A stretch of 64,000 nt of DNA from Vicugna vicugna (lineage: Eukaryota). The notes under the pieces are model-generated. The model did not search any database. It saw nothing but the letters and a program-made list of their open reading frames with translations, and had not been told where the DNA came from. Numbering within the stretch: position 1 is the stretch's first letter; every line of letters starts with the position of its first letter. Location of the stretch: NCBI GenBank assembly GCA_013265495.1, contig MU060486.1, forward strand, positions 868,001 through 932,000, given 5' to 3'. The position numbers were made by a program, and so were the translations under genes. Below, piece by piece: positions 36,591-49,300 of the stretch.

Positions 36591-37979
36591 AACCTGGGAT
36601 CAAGAAAGGAAGGTAGCTCCCGTTGAAAGGGAGGAGGTGGGCGGGGAGGGGGAGGGGGCAGAAGGAGGCGAGAATAGAGGAAATGCCCAGATTCTCTTTT
36701 CAAGCAGATTGTCTCTGTCGATTAAATTAACCACGTAACTGGTCCAGTTATAAAACCAAGTGTGTCATTCGGTGGGTCTCGGTACGTGTTAGGGGCGAGG
36801 ACAGCCTGTCTGGGGTCAAGCGCATCCAAAACGACCAGGGGCCGTGAGGAGCCCCCTCTGCGGTGAGCGCTCTGCCCGCCGGGTGTTCGCTCCCTTCAAG
36901 GACCCAGCAGATTCAAAACCAGGCTCCGCGGGGCGTTTCCTGGCGAGCTTTGAACCCGGGAGAAGGTGGTCCCACCAACCTGACGCAAACGCCTTGGAAG
37001 TTCAGAAAATGCAGTTTGCTCTGAACACCTGGCAGATGACTTCTGTCAGCACAGAGGAGTCACACGGCCATTTGGTCGCAGCCCCACCCCCAGGGCTGGG
37101 GGCCCTGTGACAGGGGCAGCTCTGTGTTTCCTGCTGTGTGTTTTAATCTTGTGGGACCGTGGCGTTTAGCGCAGGCCAGACACACAGTGGTGGGAGCTGT
37201 GGCAGAGGGCGGTCCGGGGTGAAAGCAGACAAGAGTTGTTTTCTTTCTTTGTTTTTTTTGTCTAGTGATTCGAGCACCCAGACAGTAAGGGCTGGGGTGA
37301 TGCTGGCTGCCGGTGGGTGACGTTTTAATTCGTGGGTGATCTTCCCTTTTGGGAGATCACAGCAGGGTTGCCACCAAGTGCAACAAATTCCAAGCAGTTT
37401 TGAGCAAAGAATTTTCACCCCACCGGGAGCTCAGAAGAAGCCTCTGGCTCTTGGAAGGGCGGTTAGGGAGCAGCGGGGTGGCCTGGGGATGGTGCTGGGA
37501 GCCCCTTCTGGGCGGTGCTGCTGAGAAAGGCTCTCTGATTTCCCATCCACACGCTTCTCACCCGGGCTTGCAACCAGCCGGGCAGCTTGACTGTCTTGAC
37601 TTGTCAACATGATGTGCTGTGAATTTTAAAGAGAAGGCGCTGCTGGAAAGGACAGACTCTGATTGCTGTTCTGGGTAAAATGATCAGGTCTGAAGTGCGT
37701 CTTAGACGCGCGGCATCACCGAGACGGTGACAAGCAAGTCTGTGCCTACAGCACACCTAGCTCGGCTGTCTGGTGCCGTGAGCTTGCAGGCCATGCGCTT
37801 CGTCCGTGCCTGTCCTGGGTGGGGCCGGGGTCCTGCAGGTGTGTATGTGGGGGGTTGTTCCGTGCTGATGCTCACAAAACAGCTAGAGCGAAGCGTGTGA
37901 TAGAAAGTGTGGAGCCGCTGACCCCCACGACAGGCGGGCTGTGAACGTGGGATTTTAGTCCATCGACAGATAACCCAGC

Positions 37980-38110
37980 CGGTCTGTGCTTCAGTTTTCC
38001 TGTCTGTAAATGGGAATAATAATGATAGAATCTAACTCATAGGGCAGCCCTGAAGCTTGAATGCAGGCGAAGTGCTTAGAAACAGGCTTGTTACACCAGC
38101 AATTAACTTG
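37980..38110 (+). mobile_element. MIR fragment
   Basis: ctgtgcttcagttttcctgtctgtaaatgggaataataatgatagaatctaactcataggg is the MIR core. Confidence 0.8.
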
Positions 38111-40199
38111 TAGCAAAGGGTTACGTGGAGCTGTCTGCTCTCCCACGAGTTTGCGGTTTCAGACTAACACACCGGCACCGGCGCGCGTACGCCCTGCACA
38201 CGCGAGAGGTGCTGAGGGCACAGGGTTTGGATATTCAGCTCGAAGCTACTGATGTGGACATGAAATAAAGAGGACAGTGCAGGCACGGTTATGCCGTGCT
38301 GGCTGCGGTCGACCCCTCTCATCCAATTCCAAACTTCCACGTGAAGTGTGGTCAGGCAGAGGCAAGGGGCGGAGACAGCGTAAATGCCCCATAAATACGC
38401 GGCAGGTCCTGTCACTGATATGATGCTCATTTCTAGCTTCACTGCCGCTACTCTGGCTAATCGCCGCTCCTGCTGATGATAAGGAAGACCGCCGAGACCA
38501 AGCGACGCGGGGGCTAAACGCGCTCTGTCTCCCACCTAATTGGGCCAAAGGAAAGGAGATACAGATGCAGCGTCTTGCTTTGAGTCAAGGTTAACAAACA
38601 AAACTTGTAAAAGCGGTGCACCAGAATGAGTCCACGTGCTGCACTTTGGAGGTCAGGAGAGGAGTGAACGCGCCGTGATCGGTTCATTCACAAGTCTGCA
38701 AATTGAGCGGCACCCCTGAAATCGTGACAGGCCTTTGGTGGCGTAGTGCAGGTTAGTTGGAAGTTTTCTGTTGTTTCTTAGAGGACTGTAAACTGGTGGA
38801 GTTCTCAGGATGCATCTTGATTCCATTAAGTACAGTGATTGAGCTGAGTTTAGGAGAAATAGCAATTGAACATCGAAAAAATGTTCGCGTGAGTCTGGGT
38901 GGTCAAGGCATTACTTCTCTAATGCGTCTTGCTTTGCTACTGACCCCTTGTGGGCAGGACACACGTGCCCACACTTGTGCTGTGTTACACCCCACGCATA
39001 TTGCAATAAACAAAAACGACAGGAAGCTGGGTGTTCAAGGCCGACGGGCAGAATCAGGAGACACAGTTGTGGCTTCCTGCTTTCTCGCCCCCTGGTCGAG
39101 ATAACAAGGGCTCCTTCTGTGTCTCCTGTGATGCGCGTGCTTCCACGAGGAGGGCCGTGGGCAAGGACGCTCTCGCTGCCTCCGCCCTCCTGTCTCTCCG
39201 CCCGGCCTGCCTGGACACCTGCGTCCTGCCCTGGCCGCCCCGGCCCTGCACACGTTTCCTCCGAGGGACCCTAGACCTCCTGCTGGGGGCGCTCTTCCCG
39301 ATCAAGTGGTCCCTCCCTCCCTGCCCCCCCGCCCGCACTTAGTTTTCTCTGTTCGGTGTTTGTCGACGCCAAGAACGTTGTCGACAGCACTGATCAGAGG
39401 GCTCAGACGAGAACGAAACATCTGGAACATTGTGTTCTCACTCGCCCCCCAAACCCAAGACGGAGACGCCATGCGTGTTTGTTGGATTCGATCACTGATG
39501 GCTGAAGACAGCGGCTCTGTGCTTGTTTGTGAAACAGGAAGACGAGGCGGGAGACAGAGCCGTCCTAAAGTCTCTGCTCTGAGGGGACCTCAGACACGAG
39601 TGTCGCCCTGGGGGGCTCTGGAAAGGAAGAGGCTTCCCGGCTCAGTGTTGGCGGGTTCTGCCGGGTACCGGTCTAGCCCCTGTGCCAGGGCGTCCCCTCT
39701 GAAAGCGAGTCTTTTCCGTGGGCAAGGGGATTTTATGAGCAAGTGGGTCTGGCGGCATTCAAGTTAGCATAATAACCCGAGAGCGACGGGTCCAGCGCCG
39801 GCTGGGCCGCTTGACTTCACTGCCGTCGGATTCCGCTTTAGAAGCTGCACATGCGTTAGGGTCGTGTTCTAGGAGAGGAAAGGCAGACGCATGGCTTTTC
39901 CGGACTCCTTTGAAGCCTTCATTTTTTAAGGGTAATAAATACGAAGTGAAATAGTGCTACAAAAAGGCTCAGGAGACAAGCATCCAATTTATTTTTAATG
40001 AACTTGCAAGGCTCCACATTCTGCCTTATTCAGCTAGTTTCTGCTTGATTTAGTCTTTAATTCTGTGGACTACCCGACACACATGGTCTCTCAGCAAAAA
40101 CACGCGTGCGCACCCCGAGGTGTGGTTTTCAAGGTCCGATCGTGTTTAACCAATACTTCAGACGCGCTCATCTGTTCCGCTGATTGCCAGGAGCCCCGC

Positions 40200-40450
40200 A
40201 CGACAACAGCAGCTCTTGAGGGATGGCGGCTGGGACGACAGCCGCTCTGCCGTCTGCAGCGGCGTTCGGGTGCACGTGGATCTTCTGCAGGGACGCCGGG
40301 CTCTCGGGAGCTCAGGCCCCCAGGCCCTGGCGTCGGAGCCGCCAGGCGGCGGCTGGGAGTGGAGGCGGAAGACCCGGGGGCCCTCGGGAGGCGCCGGGCG
40401 CGGCCGGGGAGGCGCGAGCAGTCAGCGCGGGGAGTGCGGAGTCGCGTGAG
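40200..40450. promoter_or_regulatory. CpG-dense GC-rich patch (small CpG-island-like)
   Basis: Very high CG density (ggcgccgggcgcggccggggaggcgcgagc) between two AT-rich non-repeat islands. Confidence 0.3.
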
Positions 40451-40840
40451 ATGGTGGCAGCATGAACTGTCTTTTCCTTTTTGCTTGTCATGGAAGGCAG
40501 CATGGGAAGTGGCAGCCGAGGACGATTTTGGCTCCAGAAAAATTCTGCTTCCCACTGCTTAATGAATAGTGTGTGGAAGGCAGCCCACATTCCTGGAACA
40601 AGGAAAATCAATGGAGGTTTCAAGGTTTTCTTGTGAGCGCATGTTGAGAAAACAAAGAAAGAAACTTTTACAGCTGGCCCCGAGTTTTAAATCGTCTAAT
40701 CTTGGCCTTAAGTTTCGGGGGCTGTTTAGAAGGTGGTTTATTGAATCCAATTTTGTTTTTTTTTTAATTTGAGGGCAAGTTTCTTTTGATGTCTGAAGCC
40801 AGACTCTGGTGGCAAAAGCAGTGAACTTCATCAGACTCAC

Positions 40841-41338
40841 AGCTGGTTTCTGTCGCTGCCAGAGCGTTACCGTGAGCTTTGTGGCTTCACACTGCACGGA
40901 CTCGCCGCCCTGTGGTTCTGTGGTTCAGACGTCTGACTTGGGCCTCCTAGGCTGAAATCAGGGCTTTGGCAGGGCTGCGCTCCTTCCTGGAGTTCTAGGA
41001 GGAAACCCTTTTCCAGGCCTTTCCCCCACCTTCCAGCGGTGCCTGCATTCCTCGGCCCACGGCACCCTTCCTCCACCCGCAGAACCAACAGCGCGGCATC
41101 GCCCCAACCGGCCTCACTCCCACACCTCTGTCTCTGACCGCAGCCTCGAGAGGGTCTCTGCTTTTGAGGACCCGCATGGGCGAGCTGGGCCGCTGGGCAA
41201 CCTGGCACAGCCTCCCCGTGTTTCTGCTCCAGACTGAGTCACACCTGCAGTGTCCTTCTGGTGATGTAAAGAGATGCACCCTCAGGTCCCGGGAGCTGGG
41301 GTGTGGGCGTGCTTGGGGCAGTTCTGTCTGCCAGACCC
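40841..41338 (-). mobile_element. MLT1 (ERVL-MaLR) solo LTR, MLT1C/D-like
   Basis: ggtttctgtcgctgcc...ggctgaaatcagggctttggcagggctgcgctccttcctggagttctaggagg...tgcattcctcggc...cacacctgcagtgtcctt follows the reverse MLT1 consensus. Confidence 0.8.
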
Positions 41339-41389
41339 GGGGCACTGTTGGCGCACGTCTGCTCCATCGTCTCGGGGGTCCATTCGTGC

Positions 41390-41660
41390 TTGAGGAGTCA
41401 GTGTGGCTTCGTGGTCAAGGCGCGGGCTCTGGAGTGTGGCAGATCTGGGTTCAAAACCTTCCTGCCTCATCCATCCGTCCATCCATCCATGTCGCCCACG
41501 TTCGCTGAATGTCTGACAAATGTAAGCTTTGTCCTGGTCCCGGGGAAATGGCAGTGAACAAGGCCAACTTGCTGCCCAGGGGACATTTGTATCTTAGTAG
41601 GGAAAGCAGATAGTGTGTAAGTAAAGAAACGTGTAAAGTCGGGTGGTGATTGAACACGGC
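41390..41660. mobile_element. MIR 5' fragment (+) abutting an L2 3' end (-)
   Basis: gtggtcaaggcgcgggctctggagtgtggcagatctgggttcaaaacct (MIR) then ccatccgtccatccatccat...ggcagtgaacaagg (antisense L2 tail). Confidence 0.6.
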
Positions 41661-41729
41661 GAAGGCGAAAGGCAGGCTCGTGTGGTCCACGTGCAGAGGC
41701 TCCTCAGGCAGGGTCGCCGTGCGTCCAGT

Positions 41730-41915
41730 CATTCGTTCATTCATCCTCTTGCGTCAGCGTCGCGTGTGTTGTTGGGGTACTTCCTGTGTAGGAGGAGTTT
41801 AAATGCACATCTCGCCCTTTTATCAACATAAACCTGAGAGAAAGATGGTGTTTCCTGACTTTGCGCTGAGAAAATTGAGGCTCAGAGAAGTTAAATGACT
41901 GCTGGGCACGTGGTC
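41730..41915 (-). mobile_element. MIR fragment
   Basis: gagaaaattgaggctcagagaagttaaatgact is the antisense MIR core. Confidence 0.7.
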
Positions 41916-44329
41916 GAACGTCCTGTGGACCGAGTTCCAGCTGCCGTCAGTCTTGAAGCGCGTGTGTTTATTCTCCCCCTTCTCTGTCTAATCAAGGAGC
42001 GGCCCCTCGTGGACGACAGACTGATGGGCGGGAGAGGAGAGCCTGGGCTGGGGTCTGAAAGCGTTACTTCCCTCCCAGCCTGAGATGATACGGTTTCTTT
42101 GAGCTCGCCTGGTTTTCTTTTGATCGTTACGTGGCTGCTCCACCTTTGATCAATCATTCATTCTGTGTTTGCGCAGGCTGAGCAAAGGGAAGGTCTAGAC
42201 AATCGCCCAGGCCTCCGAACTAATTTCAACAGCCTGTTCAGGGCTCAGCTCGGTCTGTTACGTCATTCTCTCTGCTCGGATTCAGCCGCCAGTCCAGACA
42301 GGGGGCGGGTGGGCGAGACGGGAGGGAGCAGAGAACCCTCACAGGACAGGAGTCTTTCTAGGAGGTGCTCTGTGGTTGCTGACATGGTGGGCGGCTTGCG
42401 GGGTGGTCTCCGCCAGGTTCACTAGGTGGGCCTCGTTAGCTGCACATGTGTGTTACTCGAACGCACTTGCTGTAACATTTGGGGAAGGATTTGGCTATGA
42501 ATGCGTTCTCGGTCTCTGCTGAACAGAGGGCGGGTAAAGATCTCCAGCACGTGCGTGTCCAGCTGGCCTCCTGCCTCGCGCCGTCCCCTCCTGTGATCTG
42601 ACGCATGGACATCTGAGAGGTCACGGCCTGGCCGGGCCCCGAGCACGGGGTGGGACTCTGCGGTGGGGAGCAGTGGATCCGCGCCGTGAATTGCCCGTTT
42701 CCGCCCAGCCCCACTTCTGCACCTGTCCTGCTCCGACCGCTGCCCAGCCCTGGTGGGGAAGCATCGTGATGTTTCTGTCACAAGTGTCCAGCTGTCACAC
42801 TGTCCTCCGTCTGTCCTGCCCGGTTCTGTGCCCGAATGCCTGCTTTAATGCTCTAGCGGCTCTGAAGCTTGGCCGTGGCCCTGACTGGCCCCCGACGCTG
42901 AACCCCACTCCCGTGGAGGGGCCCCACCGCTCTGCTGCCTGGCCGCACTGCAAATCCCATCCCAGCTCCTCAGCTCCTTCTGGATCAGGCTGCTTTCGGC
43001 CAGCATGACCTGGCTCCCTCCTGAGAGCTCCTTTCACCTCCCATGGCTGGTGCGGCCCCCAGCGCCCATTGAGCAAGGCTGGGCCCTTTGCTCTCAGAAC
43101 CCGGACGCCACACGTGATGCCGCGTCCTCGCTGACAAGCTCTGGAAAGTCTGGGCCAAACGCTCAGTGCACGCTCTGTAATGAGAACTGAAGTGCCCAGA
43201 ACCCTTTCTTCTGGTTTTGTGTCTCCCCCTTCCCCGCTGGCCACCCTCCCTCCCTGATGTCCACCCCTGGAAGAGCTTCAAGGAAAAAGCAGTGAGGGCA
43301 GAGGTGATGGATTAACGATCTGCAGCAGTATTTCAAATGATTTTTTTTCCCTTAAAACGTTAGCACGAGAAAATAAACCTGAAAGAGGGGAGGGAAGAAC
43401 CAACCCCGCAGGGACAGAACCGGATTCTGCGCGGGGTCCGCTGCACGGCACACGGAAGGGGCTGGAGCTCACATTGCCGTTTGTATTGCTGCCTGCCATC
43501 TGGTCGGCAATTGTGAAGCCTAAAATATTCAGGTAAACGCGATTTTCCCAAATAGTGCGAGGATATGAGAATTGCAGCAGCCACTTGTCTTTTTAAATAT
43601 CATTATATTTTACTGTTTTCCAGAACAAACTGTGTTAGTGGTACATTTGCATAGCACACGGGGAGTTTTCCGAAGGCGCCGGGGAGCGGAGGCGGGGACT
43701 CTGCGCTGAGGGGACGTGCGGAGGGGAGTGGGTCCTGCGTTCGGTTTGAGGCTGGAGGTCAGGTGGAGAATTCTCAGTTGGTGTGGACTGAGTCCTTCCC
43801 CCCGAATCGTGGCTGGAAACAGTCCACTCAGGGAAGAATGACTTTTCCTCATTCAGCAAGGAAGGTTGGAGTGCAGTGAGCGCCTGTGTGCTAGACAGGA
43901 CCCCCGCAGAGCAGAGGGCTCCAGGCCGTGCATTTCCTACTTAAAAAAAAAAAAAAAACCTAAGACTGTTTCTCGATGGTTTTGCTGTCCTATTAACGTG
44001 GTCAGGGAGATAAATAGATCCGATGTAACCTGATTTTACGCCGTATTTGAGGGATCCGTTCTGCCAGTTACCTGCAGTTTCAAACTAGGGAGATGCCTTT
44101 TAAATAACACCTGAGATGCAAAGAGGGTGAATAAGACACACTCAGCGAGAGGTGTGAACGTCTGTGGACTCCTGGTCTCCAGGGAGGAGGCACTTTCCCC
44201 TCCGTCCGTTTACGGAAACGGCATCCACCCTGCACAACCTAAGCGGTGACAACACAGAAATGAGTAAGCCGTGTCCCCTGATCCACAAGGACGGGTAAAG
44301 GAAGCCGACTGTGGACAAGAGGGACATTT

Positions 44330-44690
44330 GACTCCATGCTGCAGACCCTGTGTCTTCACCCTCCGTGCTGCTCCTCTGTGACCCAGCCCTTCTCACGCCT
44401 CTGAGGAGCCCGGAGATGCTGACTGCTCCGCAGTGATGGCTTCTCTCCCTCAGACTCTGGACACGCTCATCCAGCCGTCTACCTGGCGTGTCCACCCGAT
44501 GTCCCAGGAGCACCTCAAACTCAGTGCGCCTCAAGGTGAGGTCCTCGCTGCCCCCCACACCTGCGTCCCCAGGTCACCTCCCCGGTGGCAGGCGACGCCA
44601 CCCAGCCCGAAGCCTCTTCTCCCTGACCCTCCGCTGGTCATGTACGCTCTGCCTCCTGTCTCTCCATCTCCAGTCCACTGCCTAGAATTG
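44330..44690 (+). mobile_element. LINE-2 fragment, 5' part of an interrupted copy
   Basis: acctggcgtgtccacccgatgtcccaggagcacctcaaactcagtgcgcctcaaggtgaggtcctc is a typical L2 3'-region motif. Confidence 0.7.
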
Positions 44691-45760
44691 CTTAACTTTT
44701 CTCTTAGAAATAAATTTAAGTTCAGAAAAGTTGCAGCAGAAGTACAGAGCATTCCAAATACCCCGCCCCCAGTTTCCTCTCCTGTCAGCATCCTGCACCG
44801 TCAGAAGCTAATTATCGAACCTAACCAGTTCAGGGCTCTGTTAACTAGTACACAGAGCATGCTCAGGTTTCACCAGTTTTCCCAGTAATGCCAGTTTCCC
44901 GTTCCACGATCCACTCCAGGACCCTGGGTTGCGTTCAGTGTTGTCTTGGTCTCCTGCTGCCTGTGACGGTTCCTCAGTCTCTTTACCCTTGGTAACCTTG
45001 ACACTTTCAAAGAACACTGTTCATTACTTTGTAAACGGCCCACAACTTAGGTTCTACTGATGTTTTCTCACGACTAGTCCGAGTCGCTGGGGAAGATCCC
45101 AGAGCGTCGCGAGCTGCTCCCAGGTCTTGGTGACAGGCAGGTGCCTGATACTGACCCGTGTCAGTGGCCGGCAACATGGCCGCTGGTGCTGTGAGGGTTG
45201 TGTCTGCTAGAAGTCCCCTTTGGAAAGTTGTTTCTAAATATTTGGAGGGAAAAACATCCCCTGTTTCTGCCTAAACTTTTGCCCATGAATTTTAGCCCTG
45301 ATTGGTGGCTCTTGCAGGAGCAATGATCACTGTCGGCTTCCAACAGTGATTTTGCTGTTTCTCTATTTTTTTCTATGTTTGCTAATTGGAATTCTTCTGA
45401 AAGGAAGACCCGTCTCCTCTGTGTATGCATTCGGTTACTTATGTCACTAGGGACTCGTGGCTGTTTCTTCCATCTGTGTTACTTATTTTGTTTCTCAAGT
45501 TGTTCCAGCTTGAGTCCTTGGCTGTTGGTGGAGGTCAAGTTGGCGCCTCTAACTTTTCAGTCCAGACACATCCCTCTCTCTCCTTTAGAGCCCTTTCTTA
45601 CTTGCTGGCACTGGGGAACGCTGCAGACGCATGTGATGTTTTCCCTTGAGCCTGCCTGTTCAAGGAGCCCAGGTGTTCTCACCGGAGAAGCCAGGGTCTC
45701 GGGGCTCGGTGTGCTCGGCGCTGCTGTGGGGTGACTGCACCTGGTCCTGCCCAGCAGGTG
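44691..45760 (-). mobile_element. Old L1 (L1MC/L1ME-like) 3' end inserted into the L2
   Basis: ttaagttcagaaaagttgcagcagaagtacagag...ggtaaccttgacactttcaaagaacactg...ttctaaatatttggaggg...aattggaattcttctg matches antisense L1MC-type 3' UTR. Confidence 0.7.
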
Positions 45761-45821
45761 GGGCCGGGAAGGAGAGGGGCGTGCGAACTCCTGCGCGGGA
45801 CACTCATCGCTCTATGTCTGT

Positions 45822-45850
45822 GCGTGCGTGCGTGTGTGTGTGTGTGTGTG
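45822..45850. repeat. (GCGT)n/(GT)n compound microsatellite
   Basis: gcgtgcgtgcgtgtgtgtgtgtgtgtgtg. Confidence 0.9.
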
Positions 45851-46094
45851 AGGACCCCATGGGCCCATAATGGTACCCCCAACACTAACAACAACATCTC
45901 CCTTTCTTTGTCTGCAACCTCTTCCTCCAACGGTGAGAACCTGGCTGTCTTTGCCCACAGTTTATTTACTTACTCATTCAACCCTAGTGCTCGAGTAAAA
46001 TTACTGCAGACTTGCTAATCCATGCCCTTAGGAGAAAAAAGTGCCACCTAGATGGAGTATCGTATTTGGGTCTAGTTCTTTTGTTTTCATTCTT

Positions 46095-46345
46095 ACAATC
46101 GTCCGCTGCCTAAACTGAGCCTTCCTCATTTCTCCGCAGCTAGACCCCTGACACTGGAATTCCTAGAGGTTTTTTTCCACCTCTGATCCATTATTCACAT
46201 GGAAGTCAGACTGATTCACCTAAAATAAAAATCAGATTATACCACTCCGCTGCTTAAAATTCTTCAATATCTCCCTTTAGCCCATAAGATAAGGCTCACG
46301 TTGCTGGTGCGGCATAGAGAGTGCTTCCCAACGTGCTTCTTATCT
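46095..46345 (+). mobile_element. LINE-2 fragment, 3' continuation of 44330-44690
   Basis: tgatccattattcac...aaaaatcagattataccactccgctgcttaaaattcttcaat continues the L2 consensus near where the upstream piece stops. Confidence 0.7.
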
Positions 46346-49300
46346 CATCATTGGGTTATTAGTTCGTGAGCTCCTCGCACTGAACCTAATTCGGAATTCT
46401 ATATATGTTCACTGACTGAGAAAAAAAAACCTATTAAGTCTTTTGATTAATAAAAACACTCTGAGAGCAGTAAGTCCACGATGATTTTCCTGGGAGACAA
46501 AACAGAAGCGGGAACTTGGGAGTGAGAGAAGAGAAATAAGGGTGAGCGGGTGTCTCCGGCGGCCCCAGCACTTCCTGAGGGCGCCTCCTTCAGCCTCGCT
46601 GGTCACGCTGAAGGCGGCACAGCCAACAGTGCGGGCGTTGGAATCAAAGCAGACCTGAGTTCAGTCCCCGTCCGTCCGCCGTCTGCTGCCTGCCTCTGAA
46701 ACCAAAGTCGACATTACCGCCTTTTCACCACGCCCCCTCCTTGGATGGGGTTAAGGTGGGGGCTCAGAGGAGGGGACACGTGACCCAAGTCGGGGAGGAT
46801 AACGGAGCCTGCTCCGTGGGTGCGTGAGCAGCTGAAGGGAGGCTCAGGAAAGGGCGAGTGGACGACCCACGAGCAGGCTCTGTGTTTCAGCCTTCTCCCA
46901 GCTGCTCCCGTGTGCGTGTGTTCTGCCCTGCATGCCGCGTGGAAGGAGACTGCGTGATGTGATGCAGCGGAAAGGGCACAGAAACCAAAACTGGAAGTTC
47001 CACTCCAGGCTCGTCCGCGTCCCGGATGAGCTGTGTGATCTCGGTCACGGCCTCTCCTGGCCTCAGTCTCAGGGCCTTCCCGCCCGAAACCCTGACGGCC
47101 GGGGTCGACGCCCTCACCTCCTCTCGGCTGTGGGAGCGTCACGCGCTTCCTCCCGCCGTGGCTGCCACTGCTCACACTGCTTTGCTGCCTCTGCGCTTGT
47201 TTGCTTTTACTTTCAAAATGGGCTTCGACGCGCTGTGAGATGCCGCGCCGGTGGACTCGGCGACGGAGGGGTGGTGGGCGGGGGAGCGAGATGCCAGAGG
47301 GCAGAGCTGTGGCCGCCTGGTGACGTGGCCAGTGGCCTCGCTTCACGTCTGCGTGATCTCCAAGCTGCCGAGCATCGGAAGGGGCTGCCCGGCGTGTCCA
47401 CAGTACAGGGGTGCAGGGGTCTCACTCTCTTAGCCACACAAGTACTGCCCTGAAGTTGGCCAGTTTTCAGTTATAGGACAACCCATCGCGTGGTCAGTTG
47501 TGTGTGTCTCTATTAAGGATAAAACTGGAAGAATTAGAAGGCCTTTGTGGCAGGACAAACCCGTGCTGACCGTAAGGAGGCACTGACGTCAGGCGGATGG
47601 TGAACCAGCATCGAACTGTGGAACCTGCTTCTCCTTGCCCTTTCGTCCTTTAGCCGAACTGCCAGGAGGGAGATGGGCTAGGTCTCCCCCGAGGCCTCTG
47701 ATCCCATTTCATCAGATCAGACTCTTCTGCAATTATGTAACATTCACACTTTGGCCATTGTGTGTTCACAAAAGCCCCCGACAGCTCTCACAGCGAAGGG
47801 GGACCGCAGCTCGCAGGTGCGCTGCGCATCTGGCAGGCTGTTCTGTGTACCTAAACCTCACGTTTTATAGCAATTCCACGACAAGAAGATTTTCCTTATA
47901 AACTGAAGTCGAAGTCGGCTCTGGAGTGGCTGAGTCAAGTCATCGTCAGACGTAAGCACCGTCGTCATTCTCCCGAAGTGATTCTGTTTCGGAGTGGGCC
48001 TCGTTTTTTGATACTTTGCATTGGTTTTCGTTTCGATCTGTGGCCCTTCTGAGCCACTTCTCTGTGGTACTCATCGTGGACCCGGGCACTGTTTACTGAC
48101 TCATGAAAGGATCTGCAGAGAGACACGCAGACGGAATTTCAGGACCAAGAGCAGCTCCCATGGGCCGTTCTGCGGCTGCTCGGGTTGCCCTTACGCTGGC
48201 TGTGACACTGTGACACATCCTGCTGCGCACACGGCTCGGCTGCTGCGTTTCAGAGAGCAGGAGGGTGCTTCCACTGTGATGCACGGAGCAGCACCCTCTC
48301 TGCTCTGAGAGGCCCCTCAGGCACGCGCTGGTGCTCTTGCCGGTGAAATGAAGACGTGAAGGTCCTTATTATTTAAGACTTCTAAATAAGCCAGATTACC
48401 AATGTCAAATTACTGGCGAGCCATTTGACCCCGTATTTATTTCTGATTTCCACAAGCTGTTGGTAAGAGCGGCTGTAAATCAGCTCGCCATTGATCTTGG
48501 CTCCTGCTCCTGTAATTCTAGGACGAACTGTTTATGATCAACAGAAAAAGGCCCTGGCTCTGAAGAGAGCGCCTGCAGGCGTTCCCAGGACGCCCTGGAG
48601 ACGCGTGGGTGCGCCTCTCCAGGGGACACACCTGGGGGTGGAGGGGGACCGCGAGTGGTGGGATTTGGCCTTAGGGGACGATTAGGGAAGATGATCCGCG
48701 TGGTGTAATAGACATCGCTTACCGTGATTGATTTAATTAACAGGGACTGCGGACCCATGGGTGAGGCACTGAAATGCTCGCAGGCAGCCTCTGGGCCTCC
48801 TGGAAGCTGAGTTCTCCGCTTTCTCAGCTGGAGGGAAGGGAAGGCTCTTCAGCTCCCGGTTCATGCGCAGAGAAACGATTTCTGAGCCCGCCAGCCCCCC
48901 ACCGTCCCGCTCCCCGTGCCGCGTGGCCCTCCGTGAGGGGCGGGGAGCCCGCAGGACTGGAGAGCAGAGGGGCGTCATGCTCCTTGAACCCCTGTGAGGC
49001 AGGCGCTGTGCCTTTGGCTTCATGTCTCTTACTTTACTTGGTTCTCACAAGGAGGGTTTTCCTCTTCGGATGGGAACAGGAGCAAGGGGACGAGGGGGGA
49101 GGGCAGATTTAGGAATGAGGTTCTGGGTGAGACGCTCCAGGGGGAGGGGTGTTACCCACCTGAGCCCCAGGGCCTCCACGTGGTGACATTTATGGCCCAG
49201 GTCTTGGCGTCAGGGGTCTCCTCCCACAGAAGACAGAGTTCAGGAAATTTGGTTACAAAGCAAATTGCCTTAAGTGGGTTCCGTTTTCCTGTCAATCTCC

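Noticed and set aside
48723-48827. Minus-strand 105-nt open exon candidate
   Set aside because: The peptide is not protein-like and the segment is better explained as a homeodomain motif island.
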